Shown: positions 37,001-51,045 of the stretch, in pieces | Numbering within the stretch: the first letter of the stretch is position 1 | Layout of the letters: every line of letters begins with the position of its first letter | Assembly: GCA_050273025.1 (NCBI GenBank) | Contig: CP158635.1 | Coordinates: 31,744,001 to 31,808,000, forward strand | Origin: Cenococcum geophilum | Taxonomy: Eukaryota | Length of the DNA: 64,000 bases | Direction: 5' to 3' | The notes under the pieces: generated by a model | Told to the model about the DNA's origin: nothing | What the model saw: only the letters and a program-made list of their open reading frames with translations | Databases searched by the model: none | Program-made: the position numbers and the translations under genes

Positions 37001-40000
37001 TAATATTAAATATACTCGTACTATTAATTTCACCTAGTTCTATAAATAAAAAGACGTAAAGGTAATAAGGATCCATATAGCGGAGCTAGTAAAACTGGTT
37101 AAATAAGATAAGCACTAATAGCTACTTAAAGAGCTGCCTATAGGCCTAATAGAAGTACCGAACCTATTAAAAAGGTCTTTTTACCGGCTAGTAGAAGGCA
37201 ACTATATAATAAAGGAAGCCCATAAAGTACTTCCCCCCTATTTTTACGACTTTCTTAAAATAAATCTAAAAACTAAACCTAAGCTTTTATATCGGAAGAT
37301 AGTTAACACCGATATTAAAAAATTCCTAAAAGGCAAACTAGGATTAACCCGTAAAGACATTCTATAACGCCTACTAAAGGAGTTTAGTAAACATATTAAG
37401 CACTTCTTCCCTAAAAATATAGATAAGCTGCCCCCTTACTAACCATAGGACTATAAAATTGAGATCACCTCTAGAAACTAGGCCCTATACTATAAAAATA
37501 GACCACTCTTACCTGCTAAACTTAGGTGTGTAAAGAAGTGGATTAATAAGATACTGGATAAGGGTTTTATCCGTAAATTAACCTTACCAGCTGCCGTACT
37601 ACTCCTCCTCGCTGCTAAGCCTAGCGGCGGTATATAAATCTACTACAACTACTAAGGCCTAAATACAGTTATTATTAAGAATTAATACCCACTACTACTA
37701 ATCCGCGAGACACTTAACGCACTCTATAGTGCTAAGTACTTTACTAAACTTAATATAATTGCTATATTTAACCGGATCTGGATTACGGAGGGTTATAAGT
37801 AGCTTATAGCATTTATTACCCGGTTCAGACTCTATAAAATACTAGTTATACTATTCGGCCTCTATAACGCACCCGCTATGTTTTAGAACTATATTAACCA
37901 TATTTTATATAACGCCCTTAACAACTACTGTACTGCCTACCTTAATAACGTCCTTGTCTTTTCTAAAACACGCGCTAAGCATACTAAGTATATAAATAAA
38001 GTTATTTAAAGACTCGGCAATGCTGGACTTTAGATTAATATTAATAAGTCTAAGTTCTACTCTACTAAAACAAAATACCTTAGCTTAATTATCTCGACTA
38101 ATGGCATAACTATAAACCCTAAGAAGGTATAGGCCTTATAGGAATAAAAGGACCCGACATTAATTAAAGAACTATAATAATTTCTCGGCTTCGCGAACTT
38201 TTACTAACGATTTATCTAAGGCTACTTTACTATCGCTATACCTATAATAAAACTCCTAAAGAAGGATATCGGATAGCTATAGGGACTAAAATAAGCTAAA
38301 TCATTTAAGGCCCTTAAGGGAGCCTTTACTTTAGCACCAGTACTAGCATACTATAACTATATAAAGAAAACAGTGGTAGAAACAGACGCATTAAATTAGG
38401 CCTCTGGCGGAGTCCTTTCCCAATATAACGACGATGGAAAATTAAGACTAGTCATATTCTTCTCTATAAAGCACTCTACGCTAGAGTATAACTACGAGAT
38501 CTACAATAAAGAACTCTTAGCTATTATTAAGGCTTTAAAGAAATAGCGTCCTAAGCTGCAAGGGACTAAGAAGCTATTTAAAATTATTACCAACTATAAA
38601 AACCTATAGACGTTTATAACTACTAAGCAGCTAAACTAGCGCTAAGTCTAGTAGGTAGAGTTCCTTTTATAGTTTAACTTTATAATTATATATAGACCCA
38701 GCAGCAAAGCCACGCTCCCTAATGCCCTAAGCTAGCTACTAGGAATAAGGCCCAAGGACACTAATAATAAACGCCTCCGCTACTAAGCCTAAGTCGTTAT
38801 ACTGCCCCAGAAAGTTAACCCTATAATCTTAAAAGAATTACTATATAAGTCCCGTAACTCTAATAACGCAGAGTTTATAGCCACTCTAGACCCCAAAATA
38901 GCTAAAAAGTTACTAGATAAGTTAATCTGGCTAGAATACCAGGAAAACAAACTCGTAAGAGATATAGTAGCAGCCCTACGTAATTGGAAAGCTCGCCGTT
39001 AACCAAAGAAGATTAGAAAATTACTCTATTATAATAAGTTAGAATATAATATTGTCGACGGATAGATCTACTTCCGCTAATATCTCTTCGTCCCTAACGC
39101 CCTAGACCTCCACCTAGAAGTTACCTATTACTCTTATAGCAGCGGCCCTACTAGTTACCCTAGCCAGGTTAAGACTCTTAACCTCTTAAACTAAACATAC
39201 TAGTAGCTAGAAATCTCCTAGTTTACGGCTACCTTCGTTAAAGACTATGCCCTATACTTTCGCACTAAAACCCCCTGTTCTACCCCGCCTGGTTTCCTAA
39301 AGCTACTAAAATTACCCGCCCGCCTATAAACCAATATCTTAATTAACTATATTATAACGCTGCCGGTATACTAACGCTATGGTAAGGTATATAAATATAT
39401 CCTTATTATTATAGACCGCCTAACTAAAATATAATACCTCGTTCTAGTAACAGGACTCTTAATAAAGGAGCTAGTTAATGGCTTTATTAATAACGTATAT
39501 AAGCTCTATAGTGCACTAAGTACAATTATCTCCGATTGCGGTATATAATTTATTAGCAACTTCTAGCAACGACTAAGTAAACGCCTTAAGACAACCTTAT
39601 AACTAAGCTTAGCCTAGCACCTAGAAATAGACGGCCAAACTAAAATTATTAATGCTGCCGTAAATAAATACCTCTATGCTTTTATTAGCTTTATATAGGA
39701 CAACTAGGTTAACTACCTACCGCTTACTAAGTTTACTATAAATAACTAAGTTAATAAGAGTATAGGCATCTCCCCGTTTTTTGCAAACTATGGCTTTAAC
39801 CCTCACCTCAGAATTAAGCCTGCTAGCCTCCGTCTACCGACACTATTAGTATAAGCAAAGAAGGAGTTCTTCTGCGCAGACTCTATGGCCAACCACTTTA
39901 AGCGGATATTAACATAGCTTAAGGCCCTAGCCTAAATTTTATAGTAACGCTATAAAGATAATACTAATACCCGTAGGGATAAGAGCGCGTTATTTTACGA

Positions 40001-41011
40001 AGGCGACATAGTTATAGTTAGCTTAGAAAATATAAAGATAAATAAACCTAAGAAAAAATGGGACAATAAATAGAACGGCCTGTATCCCGTACTCGCAGTA
40101 TACTAAGGGGTAGTTATAGTAGACCTCCCAGATCACATCTAAGTAAATAAATCCTTTTATATATCTAAGGTCCGCCTCTAGGCTACTAAAGAGATCCCTA
40201 GCTAAGCAAATATTAATACTGTAGAGCGTTATAATGTATAAGGACGAGTAGTAGAGAGAGATAATAACGGCAATATAGAAGACAAATGGGAGTTTAAGAA
40301 AATCCTTAATGTATATAACGAAGACCCCTAGGGCCTAACTTATAAGATTAAATGGAAATATTATAAGGATATAACCTAGTAGCTAGAGGAAGACCTAAAG
40401 GGTTATAAATAAGCTATATAGCGCTTTTATAAGCAACACCCTAAGAAGCTAGAACCCCTAGACTAGGTATAAGATAAGGAAAAGTTACGCCAAGGTCGCG
40501 GTCGACTACCGTATTAAAATTTATGGTGGTTAAGATGTTATAGAACTTTAACTAGCAATTAAAGTTATCTAATTGGCCAAATTCTCGCTAAGAAACGCCA
40601 CGCGGATTGATTTAGGTGGCGGTATAGAGTTCTGCTAACCTTACTTACTAAACTAACTAATTAGGATTTTCCATGCCTAGTATAGAAAATCGCTATTAGC
40701 TTAGTTAAGGGCGGTAAGTAAAACTAACATCTTTGCGGTAAAAAAAATAGGCAACCCCGTACACTGCCTATTTTTAAGTTATCTATTTAGTTTAGGGACT
40801 AAACCATCTAGGGGAGAGGAGTACTGTTACGGCACTAACCTAACGTATACTGTTTTATACTATCTCATACTATTTCCTACTGTTGGCTGGCCCACTACTA
40901 GCAACTTAGCGGCCGGCCCTACTATTTATATACAATACCCCCTTTCCACCTTCTTCCCCTCTTCATACTATAACGTAGTTATTTAGTCTACTTCATTACA
41001 GCACTGTAACA
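34092..41011 (+). mobile_element. Full-length Ty3/Gypsy chromovirus 'Gypsy1', RIPped
   Basis: 187-bp LTRs at 34092-34278 and 40825-41011, TSD GTACT, PPT GGGGAGAGGAG; gag CCHC (~35515), protease LVDSG (~36145), RT YLDDVLV (~37938), RNase H ETDAS (~38380), integrase, chromodomain (~40285-40430). Confidence 0.96.
40665..40691. promoter_or_regulatory. Shared palindromic module core (Gypsy1 3' UTR)
   Basis: GATTTTCCATGCC-T-AGTATAGAAAATC-GCTATTAGC. Confidence 0.55.
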
Positions 41012-44000
41012 GTACTTTACTTATAATTAACGGCAATAATTATATTAACGGCCATTTAAAGTTAAAGTATGACCTTATTGTTAACCCTAAAAGTTATAGT
41101 AGTAAAATACAACTACTAAGCACAGAAGCTTCTACTTCCGCTAGTAGTTATAAACGCTAGCCGTTTTAGGTAGCTGGCTATATTTAAGCCTATATTAATT
41201 AAACAATTCTATAAAATATTATCTTTTATTAAGCTATAAGTCCTTATACGCGCGCTCTACTAATTTTTAACTATCCTTAGATTTAGGACTGTCTTATAAA
41301 GGCGCCTATATTACTAAGTAATTAAATTAAAACCATATTTAAACAGCAACGCGTTAATATTAAAAACCTCCTCCTTACTATAATTAGTAAAATTAATCTT
41401 ACCTATAATATCTAGACATCTATAAACGGAATGTTACTACTTAATATAGTGGCCTATTTCATTAACAAAGTTAAAAAGCTTTAATTAGTACTTTTAGGCC
41501 TTTTATAACTGTGAGGATTATATTTTACTAAAAATATAGTAACGGCCCTAGCGTTAGTAATTTAAAAGTATTAATTTAATTATAAACTTAGCTCCTTAAT
41601 AGCCGATAACGCTAGTAATAATAATAAGCTTTACAACTACCTCTTATAAAGCCTATTAGTGGCTAAAGAGGAACGGCTTTAGTGCGTTAGCTATATTATT
41701 AACCTTATCGTTAAGGCTTTAGTATACAGCAAAGGCGTAAGTAAACTTAAACGCTTAATAATTGGCGTAAACAAGCACGCTAAATTTAATCTTATGCGGC
41801 AGAGAGGCTCTATAGGCAAGGTTTATAATATTGTTAAATATATTATGCAATTAATAAGACGCTGTGAGGACTTTGCTAAGAACTAGGCTAAGGCCTATAT
41901 TAAGGACAAGCTTTTTAATTAAGCAGAGCTTCTACTTATTAAGGATGGAGGCGTTTAATGGAATTTAACCTACTTTATACTCCTACCTTCTTTGTAAAGC
42001 AATTAATAAATATCTACTAGCTTAGAGGAAGCCTGCTAATAATAGCTATAATCTATTACAGGACGCGCTTACTAATAAATGTTGGTAGTAAGTAGAGCAG
42101 CTTATTAAGATCCTAAAGCCTTTTATATTAGCTACTAAGCGTATAAAAGGCGATGCTAATAGTCTTAGTATTAAAGGCTTATATAGCGCTTTATAGGAGT
42201 TAATTACTAATATAGAGCTACTCTATTAAATCCTTTAGCGAACTTAGTAAAACCCTAAGAACGAATACAACTTCTTTCTTAAATTAGGCGTTAATATAGC
42301 TATCTAAAAGATTAATAAATATTTTAATAAAATAAAGGCCGAGAGCCCTTACTATTTTGCCATAGTAATTCTTTATCCGTCTCTTAAATGCGCCTACTTT
42401 CGCAATAAGTAAAAACGGTAGCCCTTATAGTGGAAGTACGCCAAGCAGTATATAGAGACTTTATTTAATAACTATACTAATAAGTAAGTAGATAAGGAAG
42501 ATAAGGAACTAGCTAAGCCATAATATAAAAAGGTTCCTTATAAATCTAATAATAATTTAGCTAATAAATATATATAGTCCTTAGTCGTAAATAAGAGCCT
42601 TACTTCCTTAAAGCGTAATTAAAAGCGTATTAAGCTTGCCAGTAAGCTTAACCGCTACTATAACGTAGGCCTTAAGCTTATTAAGATCCGCTTTAATAAC
42701 GGTAATAAGTAGAATAATATTATTCCTAATCCTCTTAACTAGTAGCTTAAAATTAGTTAAATCCTTTATCTAATACTTACTAAGATTACCCTTAATCTAT
42801 TCTTTATATTAGTAATAAGCTCTATTATAACAAAGCCTTATAGCAGGAACTACGGTAGACTTATTAATGGGCTGGATATGTAGGTAAATAAGAAGTTAAC
42901 AACGTAATAATAACTAGTGGAGTGGTTGCCTAATAGATTAACTCTAATTATATTCTAAGATTTACTATAAAGAAGAGAAACTATTTATAAAGACCGTATG
43001 TCCTTAAATATATAACTTCTCCCTATAGTAAAGGGTTTAGTACGTTAGTACGTTAATACGTTAGTATATTACGTTCCTATATTCCTATATTCTTACGTTC
43101 TAAACTTATAATATAACTAACTATATAACTTAGCTACCCCTTATCCTATAGCTTAATTAATGCCAGCGCCTTCTATACTATCTTAACTAACCTATTTATA
43201 TCTATTTTTAGTAGTTGCATTACTATAAATATAAGGTCCGTAATACTATCCCCTTTCTCTTTATCTTTGTCCTTAAAGATATCTCCTATCTCTAAGTTGC
43301 CTATTAAAGGTATAGCATTCCTATCTTTAATTTAATAACCTTTATTATTTCTAATGCCTTCTATTAGATCCTCTATGTTAGGAATAAAGGCAAGCGCTCA
43401 CCATATAAGGTATATTGCCGTCACGTGTCGCCGCGGCATTAACGTGGCGAGGAGCCTTAAGCTCCTTGCCCTCCCTTATAAAGAATATAACAATAATTAT
43501 TATACTATCTACGAACCGTAGCTACGTGATATCACCTTGTGAGACCAACCCTAATTAGTGGTTAACTTTACTGTTATACTATAGAACAGCTAGGTATTCC
43601 ACTAAGAAGAGACAAGCTACTATACTAGTGCTACTTATACTAGAGGAAGCTGTCTTTTAAGGTTAGAACTGGTCCTAAACCTTAAATAAAACTCTTCCAT
43701 AAATCTAAGGATCTAAAAGGCCAGAACTGGTCCTAAGCCTTTCCTAGATTATAGATTCTTGCGTCTATTACGCAGAATAATACGCTTTATAAGTCTTTAT
43801 AATTTAAGGCTAGAACTGGTCCTAAGCCCTATAATCGCAAATATATGTCACGAATGTGTACTAAACAACAAATATATATCACGAACGCGTACTAAATAAT
43901 AATCCCTACGCTAATAATACTTCCCTCCCTCTAAAAATATGGCTACGCCCACTTTAAACGACTGGGAAGACTCCTTACTACTAGGGGTAGCTTCGTACGC

Positions 44001-45104
44001 GAAACTTATTAATGAAAATTAGGACGAATTTACCTTTAATATAATAACTTATACCGTAAAATAAGTTAATGGCTTTCTCCTATACCGTATTATGTTTTAC
44101 TAAAGTAGATATTACGCTAATTTATAGCTGTAGGAATATTTTAGGGAGGATTTTATAGGATGGACCGCTAACACCTAGGCACTTAGCAATGTTAATATTG
44201 TTTAGGATTTTTAAGACTTCCTCTATAGGAACGGGGTATATATTACTAAGAATAGTAACCTAATTACTAGTAATATTTAGGCCGTTATTACTAGTATAGA
44301 AAAACTAGTATAGATAGAAGCTAAGATTATACGTTAACTACGGAAACTTAGAACTAACCTATATTCTTTAAAAGGCAACTTTAATTTAGAATAAAACCCC
44401 TAGAACGCTACTCTCCTACCTAGAGGTACTCTCCTACCTAAAGGTACTCTTCCTCTACCTCTACTGCCTTTAGCTCCTCTACTCTAGCTAACTAGTAACC
44501 CTTTACTATAAGAAGTTACAAATCTAATAAAGGTATATTTAGATGAAGAGAAGAAGTTTAGAGGAGAATTATATAATATGCTTAGAGTAAAACTATAGGT
44601 CTTTTATAACTGTTATAATAAGGTTAGAATTTAATACCACTAGTACCACTACGCTTTCTCTATTATGTTAAAGGGACGGGTAGTAATATTTTATTACGAC
44701 TATATTATAGGTAAAAACTATAGCTTTAATATAATGCTTTAGCTTATTAGAGCCCACTTTAAGACTAATAAAAATTGCTAACTTTATATATCCGAATGGC
44801 GAGAGACTATATTCTAAAGAGTTATTACTTCTAACTTAATAAAGACTTATTTAGAGTGCCTTTAACTACTCTTTAATAAACTCTAGAAAAATCTAATATG
44901 GCCTTACTAAAACTTACTAAAATAAGAACAGCCTAAGGGACTAGGTTATCTTAGCCTGCTATAGCGTTCCTAAGTGTAACTTAGCGCTATATAAACCTAT
45001 AGATACGTTTAAAGGAGTATATACTAAGCTATGCTCTGCTATAGGTACTATAATATAAATATAAGAATCTTAACAGTTCTATACCGAAAACCCTACTTAA
45101 CTAA

Positions 45105-45470
45105 GGGGTCGTTCGGTTGCAATATAGAGGCCTTAGATTCCATTTCATAATGTGTTAATTTGGAGTGATTTTGTCTACACAGCCTCAAAATTTTGATGTT
45201 CCTCTCACCGCTCGCAAAACGCCAGAATAGCACGCTAAAAGATTGGCAACTTTACCGTATACAGCTTCTGAAATGGAGCTCTTGGCGTCATTTTAATATG
45301 GAGCTCGAAGCTCCTTTTACAGATTCCAGTTCAATATGGAGGCTTTATATTTGCACACGTCCGTGCAACCCGTAGAGCCACAGACGCGTATCAAATCGGG
45401 AAGGAACGCGTTCTTTCTGCCGGACTTTCAGTTTATATTTAATCTGACGGTTTTGCAACTAAACAATCCC
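45105..45470. mobile_element. PIF/Harbinger (Tourist-like) MITE, 366 bp
   Basis: TIR GGGGTCGTTCGGTTGCAA / TTGCAACTAAACAATCCC, 3-bp TSD TAA; absent from B1 at ~10092; little RIP. Confidence 0.88.
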
Positions 45471-48400
45471 TAAGTATTCCTAACTAATACGATTATAACT
45501 AAACTGATTAAATATATAGTGGCCGTAGTAGGGAATATAGAAAAGGGTATAATTAACGTTAACTATAAGGTAATTGTAGAGGTCCTTATGGAGGTTTATT
45601 TCGAAGTAATTGCTAAAAGAAGTGCTACGTTTATAAGAAGCCAAATTGCTAGTTAACTAGATACTCCCTTAATAAGTAAAAAGAGGTATATAATAAGTTC
45701 CGTTAGAGTATAAAAAACATTAGAAATTATAAGGTTACTATAGCCTACTTTTAAAGCTTCCTAGTTTAATACGAAGGCGTAAAAGATCTTAAGAGTAAGG
45801 TTAATAAGGTTAAACAGCTCCTTATAGATATAGAAATTAAGGACTACTCCCCTAACTAATACTTTACTAAGTATAGTAAGGTAGATGGTATATAAACCGT
45901 TACTATTCTTAACAATTAATCTACGCTCCATTCTATTATAAAATTAAATATCTTTAATAAGTTAAAGGAGAGTTCCGCGTTTTCCTTTAATAATAGATAC
46001 TCGGCGTATATCTTCTATAGTATTATACCGGATATAGGAGCCGTAGGAGTATCTATAGTAGGAGAACCTTAAGTTTAAGCTCTTTAGCAGCTTAATAGCT
46101 CTATTTAGATTAACTAATTAACAGTAGGCCAATATACAATTTACTTTAGTAAAGGTACTATAATCTCTCTCGGCACAATTAGGGTCCAAACCCCCTTAGG
46201 ATATATTACTTTCTATATTATTCCTACAAATACTCTATTTCTATTTTGCATTAAAGATATAAATAAATTAGGCGTTAGGCTTAATAACTTTAAGAATATA
46301 CTTATTTAGGGAGATAATTAGGTGCCCGTTATATGTAAGTAGGGTTACCCCTAGTTGCTCCTTTATTAACTAGAAAAGAGTATTACTTAAAGCTACTTAA
46401 CTAAGTCGGAATTACGCCAACTACACCGTTGTTTTGGCCACCTATCTATTTATTAATTGCTTAGGGTTCTTTAGTAAGTAGGCTATAAAGTTAAGGTTAA
46501 GGCAATTAAGCATCTTATAAAGTACTACTATTACTACTAAATAAACCAGAAGTCCCCTAGCCGATTTAAGTTTACCCTTAAGGATAACTACAACTTTAAT
46601 TTCTATATTATTATTAACTTTATATATCTTAGCGGCAAGCTAGTACTCTAAGTTATTAACTTCTTAACCTCCTTTTAAGTCGCGCGTTTTTTAAAAGATA
46701 TATTAGCTAAAAACGTATAGGATACCCTTTAGTTATACTAAATTAATATCTATTTAGGACCCCCTAATTAAATTGTCCATAATATAAGAAAGAACTTCTT
46801 ATCTATAGAGTTCCGATAATAGATAAAGGTAATAGTAATTAAGGTTAAGGAAGTCCCTATTAAGGAACATAATAGTATTAAAAAAGTAGAACAATATTAT
46901 ACGCTATTACGCCATATATATAAGATTATCTCTTTAGAACTAAAGGATGCTAGTAAAAAACTTACCTTACAAATAGCTATTAAAGCTATTAACGATTCCG
47001 CTAGCCTAAATAGACTTATACTTATATTACTAGTCTTTAGCGCCTACCCTTAAATAACTAACAATTCTTTACTATCTTCCTTTATTATATAATAAGCTAA
47101 GGCTATTTGCAAGGCAATAAAGGAGGTATAATATCTCTACGCTATACGCTAGGTTAATAATATACTAGGAATAAGAAATGGCCCAAATACCTTAACTGCG
47201 CTTAATTTACCACTCTAGTCTAAAGTACGCGTATGGCGTAAAAAGGGAGGATAGTTAGGCCTATACTAACTTATTATAATTAATAGCTAAACTTATACTA
47301 TTTAGATGCCTTATAGACCTACTTAATTCTATTTAATTATTATTAAGCCTTACTATAAAGATAATAATTCTAAGCCTTTATAGGATACCCTAAAAGATAC
47401 TTTAAAGGAGAACTACAATTAACATGCTCTAGAAGGCAACTATAATCCTAATATAATTATAGTAGATATACTACAACTACGACGCGGTAGAGGTTGCCTA
47501 AAGGGATTATAAAATTGCTAATATCTTATTAATTTTAAAGAATAATTTATTGCCGCCATTAAGAATAAAGTTAAGTTATTAATAGCCTTTATAACAGCTA
47601 AAGAGAAGGCTAACTTTAAGCTTGTAAAACAGCTCTAAAAGAAAGGTCGTATTATAACCCTAAGAGCTCCTTTCCAAGCATCTAATAAGTAGGAGATTAA
47701 TGGTCTTATTATAAGAGGAGTCTTTAAATTTAAGAAGTATAACCCTACTAAGTTTAATAAAGTTCGCATCTTTAAGTTAAGGATAGTTAATAAGATTAAG
47801 GGTAAAGCTACTAATACCCTATTTAAGAAATTAAGGCTTGTTATTTAAGGTTATAATAATAATAGTAAAGAGATAATTCTTATATAATCTGCTATAATTT
47901 AACAAGCTAGTTAGCGAGTTATTATTATATTAGCTCCCTCCTTAATAAAGAATAGAATAGCAGTTTATTTATAAGATATTACTTAAGTCTACACCTAATT
48001 AGAGACGCACCTTTAGCGCTTAATACTAGTATACCTTCTAAAGTAAATTCGCCACTAGTATCCTAAAGATATAATTATGGTTATGCTTAAGCCATTATAT
48101 AGAATCGCAGAGGCAGGAACTTACTGGTGGGCTATTTATAGTAAGCACTATAAAAAGAAGCTTTTAATAACTACTTCTATATTTAATCCCTGCTTCCTTA
48201 TTATAACTATAAAAACCCTATTTAGAATTATTAGTATATAAACTAATAATATAATTATCTTAGGAGATAACTAATTCTTAGCTCTTAAAGAGGATAAGCT
48301 AGTAAAGGTAAATCTTATAGTAAAGCTAAAGGAAAAGCTTAATTTAACAATACTATTACTTTTTAATAGATGTATCCTCTCCCTAAATAAGGATTCTATT

Positions 48401-49346
48401 ACTTTACGCTAGAAGGGTTAAGGTAAGAAGATTAATATTATTAACGTTAATTCCCTAAAGTAAGGATATATAGAGTAACGCGCTCGCGGAGCTTATATTA
48501 CTTCTATCTATTAACTTAAGGCTTTATTTAATCTCTTTGTTGCCGCTTAATACTAGAAACTAACTAAGGATAATATTCTTGCCTTAAATAAGCGTCTTTC
48601 CTAGTAAATAAACTATCTTAATTGGGGACTACTCTACGTGCCTATTAATCTTCCTACCGCTAAGCTCTTTATATTTGTTAATAGATCGTTTATAAATAAA
48701 GATTTTAGCTCCTAATTAGGATATAAGATTATTATTATAAATAAATCTACTAGAGAGAATAACTTTATAATCTACAGCAACCTTATCTATTAGAGCTTAA
48801 TTAAGAGTAAGTATATTACTTAAAGCGTTCTAGTATTAGAGATATATAGAATAGTTAGCGGAGTTAATATAGTAATTGTAATTGGAACTACCCTAAAGAT
48901 AATTATAAATCGACTCGAACTTTCTATTATCCCTATAATTATATACACTAACTTATATTCCCTCTATAAGTATTTAGTTAAGCTTAGTACTATAAAGGAG
49001 AAGCGCCTTATAATCGATATTATAGCACTTTAGTAATCCTACGAGCGTTAAGAACTCTTTAAGATTTAATAAATTAATGGCTAAGATAACCCAGTAGATA
49101 TAATAACAAAGGTAAACCTAAATAAGGCACTAGAGACGTTTGTTAATATAAATACTCTATATATACAAGTTAAAGGTTAGGTTAAAAGGGAGTCCCTAGA
49201 AATTTCTTAGTTATATAAGGTCTTAAGATATCCAGGAACTTCAACTAGCGGTTAAAGTTGTTTAATTAGTTAGATTCTCTTACTAAGACTTTTTTAAAGG
49301 GGGGAGTATGACATTCTATAGACCCTAACTTAAACTAGCCAATTAG

Positions 49347-49373
49347 GATTTTCTATCCCTGGGATAGAAAATC
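49347..49373. promoter_or_regulatory. Shared palindromic module core (Copia B2 3' UTR)
   Basis: Perfect 13-bp arms: GATTTTCTATCCC-T-GGGATAGAAAATC. Confidence 0.55.
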
Positions 49374-51045
49374 GCTATTAGCTCGCTTACCGCTAGTGCT
49401 TTAGCGGCCCTACTAATAAGATACCTACCTATAACTTATAAGCAAGAAAGCACTACGTGCTAAAAGGCAAATTTTGGGATAGTGAGACTTATATTATAAT
49501 AGCAATAGTAAGTAAGGAGGATTAATATTTGTTTTGCTAGTTAAGCGGTATATATATATAGATGGCAACCATAAAAGAAAAGTTGCTAGTATTAGGAATA
49601 AAGGCAAGCGCTTACCATATAAGGCATATTGCCATCACATATAGCAAGTTGCCGCTACGTACGACAAGTTGCCGTTACGTGTTGCCGCGGCATTAGCGTA
49701 GCGAGGAGCCTTAAGCTCCTCGCCCTCCCTTATAAAGAATACAATAATAATTATCATACTATCTACAAACTGTAGCTACGTGATATCACCTTATAAGACC
49801 AACACTTTATATCTAATTATTATAACTAGCTAGTAATATTTATTCTTTCCCTTAGTAAAGTTATACCGTCCTATTCTCGTTATATAGAGAAGAAGTTAGT
49901 ATATATTATAATCGCGGCTCTATTTAGTTGCTAACCTTCTTCCTATACTAAGTGTACGTAAGCGAATATATAATCGTCCTATAATATTTAACCCGTCCCT
50001 AACGCTAAGTATACACGTCTCGTTATTCTTTATAACTGTTTAATTCCTTATCTAATCTATCTTAGGGTTACGCGTGTTAGTAGCGGCTAAAAAACTAAAA
50101 AGTAAGCTAGCTAAGGCCCTTATTAAGGTTTAGCGTTATTTTAATAAGGTGTCTTAGGCTCTAAAAGCTTAACTAAATACTTATACTCGCTTAAGCCGTC
50201 TAATAAAGGTCTATAAAAAGGTGCGCTTAAAGGAGTTGTGTTTAGTAAAGTAAGGTCTCTTTAAACTTAAGGCTAAGGAGTCTAAAAAGGTGTCTAATTA
50301 AGAAGAGGCAGAAACAGTTTATACGCTAGTAGTAGATCCTTTAAATAATCTGGCTTGTCTATTACCTTTAACTAACCCTTTTATCTTTAGCTCCTTCTTA
50401 ATATTATCTAACCTATTTTCCTCTAATACTCCTATACCTTTTCTATAGCGTTTTTTTTTTTAAATTTTATAGTAGTTTCTAGGTAGTTTTAGTATAGCCT
50501 ATTTACTTAACCTTATACTATATTTTATTATTAATGTCCTTATAATTAACGATCTTTAAAACTTACTATTTATCTTCTTCTTGCCCTCTATACGTATCTA
50601 CTTTATAAATTAATAGCTTAATATTCTTATATACTAGCTCTAGTATTATAATATACTATATAGGGTAGATCTTTATTTTAACTAGTAAGTTTAACTTAAA
50701 CGTAACTAGTAAAATCCTTTATATAATTTTAAAAGGCCCTAGTTTAACGTAGTCTAACTTCTTACTTAGTTATTAACTCTTAAAACTTTTATATAGTAGC
50801 TATACTTTATCCCCCTCCTTAAGATCTAGTCCCTTAAATCTCTTAGCGTTATAGTACCTTTTTATCTTTTCTTATACTATTTTTGCTAATTCTATAAGGT
50901 CTATATAAAGATTTATTAGTATCTTTATTCTTTCTTTAGCTATACTACTTATTTTCTTTACTTACTATAGTAACAACGATATTCTTAGCTTATATCTATA
51001 ATTTGCCTTAAATAGTAATATACCTATTCCTTCTTATGGTGTTAC

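Larger units (their letters stand above)
27878..42822 (+). mobile_element. hAT DNA transposon 2, fragmented by hAT1, Fot1-like, Gypsy1 and Gypsy2 insertions
   Basis: BED-finger-like W.CKLC..HL..KH split by Gypsy1 at 34091/41017; D.WTS (~41410), ADNASNND (~41600), RC.GHIINL (~41680), RWNST (~41955); dimerisation motif cut at 42822. The left boundary is uncertain. Confidence 0.78.
43376..49804 (+). mobile_element. Full-length Ty1/Copia element 'B2', RIPped
   Basis: LTRs 43376-43550 and 49590-49804, TSD CTCTA/CTTTA; internal region is the reverse complement of B1. Confidence 0.95.
43354..50460 (+). pseudogene. Antisense accessory gene of Gypsy2: Zn(II)2Cys6-like cluster + coiled coil + acidic tail; RIPped and interrupted by Copia B2
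   Basis: ATG 43354 stays in frame across the Copia B2 TSD; 49872-49982 reverts to C-SR-C-x6-C-x13-C-x2-C-x8-C (five TAT from TGT, one TGT intact); putative ~55-nt intron ~50010-50065 (CTAAT branch, TAG acceptor). Confidence 0.72.
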
